From assembly GCF_000315625.1 (NCBI RefSeq), contig NW_005434646.1:408134-472133 (forward strand): a stretch of DNA of 64,000 nt. The letters are read 5' to 3'. The stretch is from Guillardia theta CCMP2712. Taxonomy: Eukaryota; Protista; Cryptophyta. Position numbers and translations under genes: made by a program. This document shows, piece by piece, positions 14,632-23,599 of this stretch. Each line of letters begins with the position of its first letter. Within the stretch, counting starts at the first letter, position 1. Below the pieces are notes generated by a model. It was not told where the DNA came from. It ran no database searches and was given only the letters and a program-made list of their open reading frames with translations.

Positions 14632-15672
14632 TCAGCCTCTCAGCGACCGCCTCCCCATGTCCTCCGGGGGCCGCATTGACTGGCACAGACGCCACACCTT
14701 GAACGCGTACTCGTTGAGCCTCCTCACGTCCTCGCCCTTCATCGCCTCCGGCAGCCCAGGGGGCAGAGGGACCTGCACGCCCAGCTCTCCTTCGCACGGC
14801 AGCAGGCAGGTGTAGAGCACGTTGCAGTAGGTGATGTAGTCCGCCAGCTTCTGCCGGCTCCTGCAGTCCCTCAGCTTCAGCCTCTTCGGGCAGATGGCGT
14901 CCCATGCATACATCATAAACTTGTCTCTGATCCCAGGCCTCTCCTGCTCGCTCGAGATGCTGGCCGCAAGCTCCGCCGCCCTCCCGACTCGCCGGAGAAG
15001 CTCCGCTCGCTGCTCCGCCGTGGCTGCATTCCCTTGTCGATAGCCCTCGCAGGCCCTGGGCTCCAGCTGCTCAAGCTCGCGGCTCATCTGGATCCCAGCC
15101 GAGTCGCACACCTTCTTGGCGCAGTCCCAGATGCACTGGTAGTACACGCAGACGGGCCGGATGTCGTCGACCCTGCTGTGAACCTTCTTGGAGACCTTGA
15201 GCAGCGACCCAAGCTTCCACACGATCTTCTTCCTCCTCCGCTCCAACGCCCTCTCGCCCTCTCCTCGCTGCCTCTTGACCGGTGCGTCTACGGAGGGAGC
15301 AGTGTAGCCGTCGACAAGCGGGCGCTTCTTGAGGATAGGCTTCCTGGTGTCGATCAAGGCCGGGTAGGCGGCGGGCGCGGCGGGCGCGGCATCCCCGTCT
15401 CTGCCAGCAAGGAAGTCTCTGAAGCTCGCGGGGTCGGTGATGTCGAGCACGGCTGCTGAGGTGTCAGATATCGGCCTGGCGAGCGCAGCGCAGCGATCCA
15501 AGGTCGCAAGGGCGTCGGAGTAGCTGGTCGGCGGAGGGCAGCAGGGTGCTGCGGAGGGCGCTGGGGCAGGGGGGCAGGGCATCGCTACTGGTCGTAGCAT
15601 AGGAGGAGGCATGATGGAGACGGTCTGCACGGGCAGTCTGTCTTGTTGGCTCGGGCGTGTTGTATAAGGCAT
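14632..15672 (-). CDS. Orphan array protein copy 5 (346 aa), with a unique upstream region
   Basis: Intact ORF; only ~55 bp of upstream sequence is shared with the other units. Confidence 0.7.
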   Translation of the reverse strand: MPYTTRPSQQDRLPVQTVSIMPPPMLRPVAMPCPPAPAPSAAPCCPPPTSYSDALATLDRCAALARPISDTSAAVLDITDPASFRDFLAGRDGDAAPAAPAAYPALIDTRKPILKKRPLVDGYTAPSVDAPVKRQRGEGERALERRRKKIVWKLGSLLKVSKKVHSRVDDIRPVCVYYQCIWDCAKKVCDSAGIQMSRELEQLEPRACEGYRQGNAATAEQRAELLRRVGRAAELAASISSEQERPGIRDKFMMYAWDAICPKRLKLRDCRSRQKLADYITYCNVLYTCLLPCEGELGVQVPLPPGLPEAMKGEDVRRLNEYAFKVWRLCQSMRPPEDMGRRSLRG

Positions 15673-15930
15673 GTCAGGGACGGCGTGAACAGCAGGGACC
15701 CTGGACTCCTTTTGTAGGCTTTCGAGTTTTTTAGCTGTGCAAAAGGAAAAGCAATTCAGTTATTGGTGGATATATCAACATCACAATATAGATTCATGTC
15801 AATCTATCGTTAGGGTTTAGAATATTCAAAACAGTGTTGTGATGAGAAAACTTCGCTCTCGTTTCATTCTTCGAATCAAGCTTCTCCCGTTCTCAAACTG
15901 GACTTCTCACCGTTTTCAGCGACTGTTACG

Positions 15931-16275
15931 CTATGCTTGATCGCGTCTGGGGGCTGGCCTTACTTGATCTTTTCATACATCGCTATGGTGTTTGTAAGGT
16001 GCATGCTTGTTACATGTCTGCTCTATGCAATAACAGGCGAAAAGAATACACTACCAAAGCAAGTATAATGATGAGACCAGCACCCTTCCAAGCAAATACG
16101 TCTCATACGAAAAGCTGCTTTACTTTCGTATCATAAATGACCACACTTCCGCTAATCCGGAGACCTCAGAGCACACAAGGTACACGGTCTAGCTCGTTTT
16201 GTCAAAACGAGCTAGACTAACCCTCTGAGACTAGAGATGTCAGTCTCGTGGGGACTTGCTTACTCTCGACCAAGA
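15931..16275. repeat. Diverged relic of the array spacer
   Basis: Collinear blocks (CTATGCTTGATCGCG; GAGACCAGCACCC; GTCTCATAC..GCTGCTTTACT; GAGACCTCAGAGCACACAA; CGGTCTAGCTCG; GTGGGGACTTGCTT) match spacer positions 7782-7811 and 8261-8437 with many substitutions. Confidence 0.85.
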
Positions 16276-16776
16276 GCTTGTAGAGAAAGGCTCGTTAGTT
16301 TCAGATGCTCTCTCAGTCTGCCATGGATCAAGAAGGGTTGGGTTCCTGGTCCCAGGATCTCCCTTACGGTGAAAAATTTTGTGGTGTTTGCCTCCTACCC
16401 ACTCTGAAGTTGTACCCCTTCATACTCGTAACCCTCTGATTGACTGCCTAGTACCCCAGATACTCCTTTGGGGTAGTTGACCCCTACCCATTGTTTGCCC
16501 GGTTTCCTTGGCCCTCGAGTTTTAGACGATCGTGGCTGGATTAAAAGTTTATTGGTCTCTGTAATTACGTATTTTATTATTAAAATCCATAGTTTGAAAG
16601 GGAAATATATTGTTTAAATATACAAAAGCTAGCGATCTTCTAATCTTATTCCTTAGACACATCTGTACCATGAAAATCGTAAATCAATTTATTTTTGTAC
16701 CCATAGTCTATAATAATTGTTTTGGTCAAAATGTATTCGAACTTCCCGCCATCACGCCACTACTCCTTCATCAACG

Positions 16777-18242
16777 ATGCCGGAGGTGAGCAACAAGAGG
16801 CATCTGCCCAGCGCGAGGAGCGAGGAGGAGGCATACTCCTCATCAAGAATGTAGCATAGGCATGTCACCGTCAAGAAGCAACCATATCTGTTCTCCTCGT
16901 CCTACACTGTTTGAATTACTCCAGCTCGATGTGCCAACGAATTGCTTTCTCGATCCTCACTATCATTTTGCAGGTGGCCGTGGTACCTGAATTGCATTAC
17001 CCTGAGGATGAGATTGTCACTCCTAAGAAAGACAATCTCGAAGCTGTAAGTGATCCGGAATGCAACAAGGAAAACATCGTCCCCGCCCCGTCCAAGAATG
17101 CCGGCAACGGGAAACGATCAGCAAGCTCCAATGGAGCCAAGGTTTCAAAGAAGCAAAGAATGGAAGCGTTGATCGAGAAGGACCCCTCCATCCTGCAACC
17201 ATTCAACATCCCCCAGTGGAGATTCACCCCAGTCATCCCTGACCCGCGAGGGGTGACTCTCTCCCCGTATGATCGGGCTCCGCAACTGAGGCTGGTGGAT
17301 GAGAACCTGACAGTCTCGGGGCACAAGGGTTACCGCTTGATCCGGGCGAGCCACGGGGTCAGTGCAGGATCGTGGTACTTTGAGGTCACAATCAGAGAGG
17401 ATCACGTGAACACGTTTCTAGAAGAGAAGTAAGTTGTTGTTGCCCTTGTTGTGAACCTGACTTGGAATGAATTTCTCCAGGTTCCTCAACATTGAAGGCC
17501 ACAGTAGACTTGGATGGGCACGCGGCAGTGCTCAGATCCAGGCCCCTCTGGGCTATGACCGGTTCGGCTACGGCATTTGCTCCCGTACTGGCAACATTGT
17601 GCACACCAGGCGGTTGAAAGAGTTTTCATGTCCGCTCCAGAAAGGAGACGTTGTGGGATGCTACATCCACTTCCCTGCCGTGGAGAAAGCCGCACTCGAG
17701 GAAGATGACTGCAAGACCTCTACACAAGCTAAGGAAACTCAGGACCCGCCGCAGGAAGGGCAAGAGGAGGGCCAGAAGCCCAAGTGTGAGAACGCTGCCG
17801 ATGGAGAAACCAAACAAGAGGTGAGGAAAGGGAAATCCAAGTGCAAGGTCAAAGATAGACTTACCTGGAGAGACACCGAAATCGAATATTTCTTGGTGAG
17901 TATTCTGCTATGTGGAAGCCTGCCTCTAAATGATGTATGCAGGAGGAAGACACGGATGTTGGGTCAGAAATCTGCCGAGGCAGCGTGATCCGCTTCTTTG
18001 TTAACGGCAAAGCATGTGGAAGCGCGTTCGAGGACGTAGAGCAGGGTATCTACTATCCCGCTGCATCCGTCTACATGGGAGGGCAAGTAACTTTCAACTT
18101 CGGCCCGACTTTCAAGTTTGGGATGCCTGCACCGTATGAAGGAGAAGGAGAGGTCAGGCCCATGTCAGATGCTGCCTTGAGAGACAAGGCTGAGGAAGTC
18201 GAGGCCGCCGCTGCCAACGTGAAATCCGAGACAACGAAGTAG
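16777..18242 (+). CDS. ASH2L: Set1/COMPASS subunit ASH2L/Bre2 (SPRY domain), multi-exon
   Basis: LSPYDRAPQLRL..LTVSGHKGYRLIRASHGVSAGSWYFEV; RLGWA..IQAPLGYDRFGYG; GDVVGCYIHFP; GSVIRFFVNGK..G.AFEDV..GIYYPAASVY..VTFNFGP. Confidence 0.92.
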
Positions 18243-18276
18243 GACGAGAGAAGTTGCAGATCTCTGGGTTGTAAAA

Positions 18277-19578
18277 TTATTCTTGAATAAATACATGGGT
18301 GTAAACAGACGCTCCAGCCCCTCCGATGTTCTGAGTGACCGCAACTCGTGCTCCCTTCACTTGGTTTTCGCCCGCCACTTCCCTGAGCTGCATATTCATC
18401 TCGGCCGCCTGGTAGACTCCCGTAGCCCCCACGGGATGTCCTCTCGCCTTCAATCCACCGAACGTTGAGATGGGAAGCACGCCCTTCAAGCCAATGTGTC
18501 CATCCGCCGCAAAAAATGTACCCTCCCCTGGAGAGGCGAAACCTGCGCTTTCCAGACAAAGGCAGGCCATGATGGTGTAGGCATCGTGGAGCTCGAAGAT
18601 GTCGACTGAGTTTCTATCCAGACCACTCCTACGAAGCGCCTCCTCGAGTGACTTCTCCACCGCCACGAGCGCAAGAGGGTCTGGACGATCATCCACCGCG
18701 AGGATATCGGACGAGGCGCCACTGCCAGCAAGTCGAACAACTCGTCCCGCCTTGTCCTTTGCGATCTCCTTGTTTGACGTTAGCAGAACTGCTGCAGCTC
18801 CATCGCATGTCGGCGAAGCATCCATGATGGTCACCGGTTCCTTGACGACGTTGGACTTGGTGTAGTCTTCGACGGAAACGTTCTTCTTGAGGGTGGAGTG
18901 AGAACTGGTCAGAGCGTTCTTGTGTGCATTCAGCGAAAAAGGAGCAAACCTCTCCCTGCCGATGCCATACTTCTTCATGTACATTGACATCAACTTGCCA
19001 TTGAGGGACACGAAAGTCTCTCCTACAGCACCTTCCTTCTCCCAGTGTGACGCAGTGGCCAGTCCCTTTGTGACAGAGTCACGGTCGCAGTGAGTCATCT
19101 GCTCTACGCCGAGCACGAGCACGTTTTCATGCATTCCCGAGGCTATTGCCATGTAACCCCAGCGTAAAGCTGCTCCTCCTGATCCACAGCACGCTTCGAT
19201 CGTTGAAGTTTCGATGCCGTTGAGGCCGGCAGCAGTTGCTATCAAAGGACTAACATGCTGCTGATTCGAAAGAATTCCTGAGAGCATGTTACCAACATAC
19301 ATGGCTGTGATTGATTCTTTGTTCAATACAGATGCTTTCAGTGCATCATCAATGGCCTGCTTCCCCATGTCGGCGATTTTCGCACCGGCGTTCCTCGTGA
19401 CGGGCACCACGCCATGGCTGGCAACATAGACAGGACGCTGCGGAGAAGATGTCGAAGTCACGAGAGATCGTCGAGGTCCTTCAGCTGGCAACAAGCCGAT
19501 CAGACTCATCTTCCTCGCTGTGCTGCTTGCTCGCATCGCTGCCTCGCGCGCCCTGGCGCCATGACGGAGGAGCATCAT
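18277..19578 (-). CDS. Thiolase (acetyl-CoA acyltransferase, SCP-x/prokaryotic thiolase-like type) with probable mitochondrial presequence
   Basis: IEACCGSG, FELHDAY, GGLKARGHPVGATG, QNIGG; Arg/Ser/Ala-rich N-terminal extension; intronless. Confidence 0.92.
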   Translation of the reverse strand: MMLLRHGARAREAAMRASSTARKMSLIGLLPAEGPRRSLVTSTSSPQRPVYVASHGVVPVTRNAGAKIADMGKQAIDDALKASVLNKESITAMYVGNMLSGILSNQQHVSPLIATAAGLNGIETSTIEACCGSGGAALRWGYMAIASGMHENVLVLGVEQMTHCDRDSVTKGLATASHWEKEGAVGETFVSLNGKLMSMYMKKYGIGRERFAPFSLNAHKNALTSSHSTLKKNVSVEDYTKSNVVKEPVTIMDASPTCDGAAAVLLTSNKEIAKDKAGRVVRLAGSGASSDILAVDDRPDPLALVAVEKSLEEALRRSGLDRNSVDIFELHDAYTIMACLCLESAGFASPGEGTFFAADGHIGLKGVLPISTFGGLKARGHPVGATGVYQAAEMNMQLREVAGENQVKGARVAVTQNIGGAGASVYTHVFIQE

Positions 19579-19761
19579 TCAAGACCCCGGCCTCAGCCGG
19601 GACGGAGCACCCCACCCTACAATATTAATATCGAAATAACGCAACAGGTGGGGTGCATTGAAAAGTGATATCCACCCCTTCAACTACTTTAAATATCGGG
19701 GTGGGGGTATTCTGACTCACGTATCAGACCTGTAACAAAGTTGAAAGCGCGAAGGGACGCG

Positions 19762-21111
19762 ATGGGTGGAGGGGGGCGAAGTTATGGAAGCGACGCGCGG
19801 GACAGCATGATGGGAGGGAGGAGGAGCACGAGGAAGGCAACGACTATAGCAGCAGGGACAGCAGCTGCAGCTGCCCTCCTTGTCGTTGTGGTCACTTTGA
19901 TCGCTGGACCCGGTGGTGATGGGAGGAATGTTCTATCTGGTCGTTTGGGCAACGACGCTGGTCCCTCCTCGCGTTGGGAAGGAAGCAACTTGCCCTACGG
20001 AGTTGCTGTCTCCCCTAGGGAAGCTCAGACAGGCTATGGAGCACCGGGCTGGGAGCCGGGGCCCGACTATTATTCGACAGCCAACTGGGACAATGCTGCG
20101 CTGATGCCGTCCCTCATGCATCCTCGGTATGACCCCTACATCGGCAAGACTGGATGCCCGACATGCAGCCCTGAGAAGAAGACCTACATGTTCTCCGTGG
20201 ACCCACGATGTGACAACTCACCGGCTAACTACAACATCCGCCAGATATTGAAGATGGATGAATGGTGGAAATCTGACCCAGCCGTGCAGGCAGCTATCTA
20301 TCAGGAGTATTCGTGGATTGGAGCGCAAGTGGGACTTTTCATGCAGAAATCCAAGGATGTTGTCATGGTTGTCCCTCCCTGCTTCTTCCCCCGCCTTGCC
20401 AACGCCGAGCTCAACATGCTCAACACAGCCGTTTATGGGCTTGGGGGTTCTCTGCTGATTCTCGGAGGGCTGACGGGAGCCGACTTCATCTCTCAGAATC
20501 TAGAGGGATCTGATGGGTACGGCTACGTCGACTCCGCCGGGTCGGACATGGTGAACTTCAGTCCCAAGTTTGACATTGACTGCGTCTGGTCGGGGGGACC
20601 ATTCTATATGCAGAACTCGGCGATATCAACGGAGTTCTTTTATGGTCCCAAGTACCTGGAGGGTTCTGACAGCACCTGGGGCATTCCTGTGAATCAGCTG
20701 CCGCCTGAGACGATCCATTACTACATGTCCGCTGATGAGGTCTCGATTGTGTTCGAGATCCCAGCAAAGAGCGGCAGGATCTTGTTCATGGGCTACGATT
20801 TCCAGCAGATGCTTCCTAACTGGATGGATGCTCTGCTTCTCGCAAGGAGAGAGCTCCAGATCGAGGCTCAGTACCCTCCTGGGATGTCCCGTTACTCATC
20901 GTCGTTCTCAACGCGAACATCGAACAGCTTGAAAGCTCCGCTATCGTCTCATGTGCAGTTGGCCAGGGTTGTAGCCAAGGATGGGGCTTCAGATCAGAGG
21001 AAGTCTTCGGTTCCCGACAAGAAGCGTAAGGTGAAAGGGAGGGGAAAGGATGCATTGGACAGAGAAATCGAAAGATCTGTGGACAAGTTGATGGCAAAGA
21101 GGGGCAAGTAG
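19762..21111 (+). CDS. Hypothetical type II membrane protein
   Basis: Long intronless ORF with a single hydrophobic anchor (AAAALLVVVVTLIAG) after a basic N-terminus, followed by a globular-looking domain. Confidence 0.75.
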   Translation: MGGGGRSYGSDARDSMMGGRRSTRKATTIAAGTAAAAALLVVVVTLIAGPGGDGRNVLSGRLGNDAGPSSRWEGSNLPYGVAVSPREAQTGYGAPGWEPGPDYYSTANWDNAALMPSLMHPRYDPYIGKTGCPTCSPEKKTYMFSVDPRCDNSPANYNIRQILKMDEWWKSDPAVQAAIYQEYSWIGAQVGLFMQKSKDVVMVVPPCFFPRLANAELNMLNTAVYGLGGSLLILGGLTGADFISQNLEGSDGYGYVDSAGSDMVNFSPKFDIDCVWSGGPFYMQNSAISTEFFYGPKYLEGSDSTWGIPVNQLPPETIHYYMSADEVSIVFEIPAKSGRILFMGYDFQQMLPNWMDALLLARRELQIEAQYPPGMSRYSSSFSTRTSNSLKAPLSSHVQLARVVAKDGASDQRKSSVPDKKRKVKGRGKDALDREIERSVDKLMAKRGK

Positions 21112-21240
21112 GATCTGATTGGGGGGAATCATTCCATTTGGGATTTATTAGTGTTCTTTTAATATACGATTAGCTTTTCTCACTATGCTGCTTCTATACA
21201 GTTAGACAATGGTGGACATTATTTGTGACAACGTGTTGAC

Positions 21241-21948
21241 TTACAAGTGTCTCTTTTCGTGTCCTTCCTCTGGAGATTTCACTTTCACTGCTACTCCTTG
21301 ACAAGTGCGAACCCAAATTCTTCCAATGCCAGGGAGGTATCGAATATGCGGTGTGGGGCTCAGGAGATCATCTAGCGATGCAGGTTTCTTGGAACTTGAC
21401 GAGGCTTTGAAGGGGGAATGTGAGTTGGCTCCTGGGCCAATAACATTCCCGTGGGAGTTGTTCTGTGAGTTCCACGGAGCATTTTTCTCCTTGTTCCCAA
21501 GGATTATCTTCTGTGGTTTGAAGAAATTTCCTTTGCGTTCCAAAGAATCTTGGTCACTGTCATCTTCGTTCTCTTCGGCCTGATTATTCCTCTCCTTTTC
21601 TTCTGAGTCATCGTTGAACTGTGATGGATCTGTATCTGACTCGCTGCCAAGCGTCTTGAGGACGCCAGCGGCACAGGTTCTTGTTTGGTTGATTTGAACG
21701 TTCACCTCCTCAAAGCGAGACTTGATTACATCGAGGTTCATCGCCTTCTTGAGGGCCTGCTGGAGTCTTTCTTTAGTGGTGAGAGGCTTACTTTGGTCTT
21801 GATCTGATATCATCATCCTGGTTGGTACAGATTTCAGCCGTCTGAGCATCGGCTTGGGTTGCTCTGAGATTCCACGGAAATCAAAGGAAGATTTCGATTC
21901 TAATTCTGGAGAAGTCGTCCTTTGCAATTCCGACGGCATACTGGTCAC
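21241..21948 (-). CDS. Hypothetical low-complexity protein (5' end uncertain)
   Basis: 235-aa open frame; no family recognised. Confidence 0.5.
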   Translation of the reverse strand: MTSMPSELQRTTSPELESKSSFDFRGISEQPKPMLRRLKSVPTRMMISDQDQSKPLTTKERLQQALKKAMNLDVIKSRFEEVNVQINQTRTCAAGVLKTLGSESDTDPSQFNDDSEEKERNNQAEENEDDSDQDSLERKGNFFKPQKIILGNKEKNAPWNSQNNSHGNVIGPGANSHSPFKASSSSKKPASLDDLLSPTPHIRYLPGIGRIWVRTCQGVAVKVKSPEEGHEKRHL

Positions 21949-23599
21949 TGTTTTTGAATGACTGCTATCAGTCTATTATGCAAAGTTTTCTTAAGGTAGT
22001 TCTGTTAATCAAAATGTCAGAACCTTGTACGAAAAAGATGGTTGGTTTGACAAAGATGACGATGAAATTTAGTCTCCATAGGATTGAAGGCATATGACTA
22101 TCAATGCTCAATAGCAATGGTCGAAAGCAGGATTCCCCTGTAGCTTATGATGACATCACCAGCCAATCATTTTCGTAATCCCTTTCTAAACTTCTTATTC
22201 CCCTGTCTTATCAAAAACAACATTCCAGTCAACCTGCTTGAAGCAGAACCCTCTACAAACTTTTTCTCGTCCATCCCATCTGTCTTGCTACCTCTGGATG
22301 TTTTCTTTACAACCTTTTCTTTTCTGCTTCTAAATATCAACCCTTTGCTATTTTTTTGGGGTAGAGTTCTAACAGCATACGGGTTTCAAACATTCGATGG
22401 CTTATTGCCATCTAAACCCTCGAATCAGACTCTCTCAAATTTCTCCCTCACTTTATCCAAGCAATAAGCTGACATTTCTTTGATGCGTCTTAAAGAGAGC
22501 TTCATCTTCTTTCTTGTCTCGCTTGATTCTTCGCTGTTCCATCCCCCCTAAACCCTGCCCCTTCACCCCTTCGCCATTCTCCTCTCGGCCTCAGGCCGCA
22601 TCAGTTGGTGTCCCTATCCTTCTACCCCTTGCACCTGATTGAATATACCCACCCACAAGAGATGAGTACCCCCTCCCCCCCCCAAATCAGGATACATACC
22701 CCACCTTATTAGATCATGACAAGTTCACACCACCCCCACCTTTAATGTACCCCACCCTCTTCGCATCCTACTGAGCATCGCTTCTCCCAAAATGAGTTTT
22801 ATCTTGCTCCTTGACGTAAAGGACCCTACCCCATGGTCCCTCACCATACATTTGGAAAACTGACCCCCTGAATAAACACAAGTATGATCGAATATGCAAG
22901 GGTAGTATTCAACCCCCACCCCGTCTACATCAGAACCCCTATTCCCCCCTCTTTTATTTAACCTGCCCCTTTCAAGCTACCCATACCCTCATATCACGCC
23001 AATGATGACATCACCCCTACCCCCTTTTTAACATTTTGGTTGTTTTGCCTACGGTAGTACATTTCCACCCCTCATGGTACCACCCTGTGATTTTCTATTC
23101 AAGGACCCACTCAACAAGGCCAGCATTTTTTGTACTGTTCACCTTACCCTACCCCGAGCTGGAATGGTGTAGCTGTGACCCCTAGAGGAGAGCGGGATGG
23201 CCCGGTGATACCATTTCATTTTTGGGGGCGTGGCACCGGGCCCGGCACCGGCACCGGCACCGACCTCACTGAGATGGTCTCCTTGGTTGCCCTTGTCAGA
23301 TCGGTTAAATCGAATTGAATCGCTGAGATCCCAGAAACCGTTGAAGCCCAGCATTGCGCACACATGCTGTGCTGCTGTTGTCAGCACCATCACCCTCCTC
23401 CCTTCCTCTCCCTTCCCATCTGACCTGCCGCCATCCACTAGCCTCTACCTCTGACGTGCACTCTCGGGCTCTGAGTTTGCTGTCTGTCTGTTTTCAAGTT
23501 CTACTCTCTGTCTCCCCTCACTCCTCTCGTACTGCAGCTCCTCCTGAGTTGTGTTGAACTTCTTGTCTTGAACTCGTCTGGTTGCTTTCGGTAGCCACC

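Larger units (their letters stand above)
6667..15727. repeat. ~2.0-kb tandem macrosatellite: 5 ORF copies and 4 spacers
   Basis: ORF starts at 7674, 9672, 11670, 13666 and 15672 give periods of 1998, 1998, 1996 and 2006 bp. Units are nearly identical. Homology stops abruptly at ~6667 and 15727. Confidence 0.97.

Noticed and set aside
7923-14702. Repeated + strand 259/277-aa ORFs in the array spacer, and small antisense ORFs
   Set aside because: No ATG start, S/A/T-rich composition, frame-changing indels in the fourth spacer, and no frame conservation in the relic copy.
15810-16224. Telomere-like words TTAGGGTTTAG and CTAACCCT (telomerase template idea)
   Set aside because: Single short matches expected by chance; CTAACCCT lies in an insert absent from the array units.
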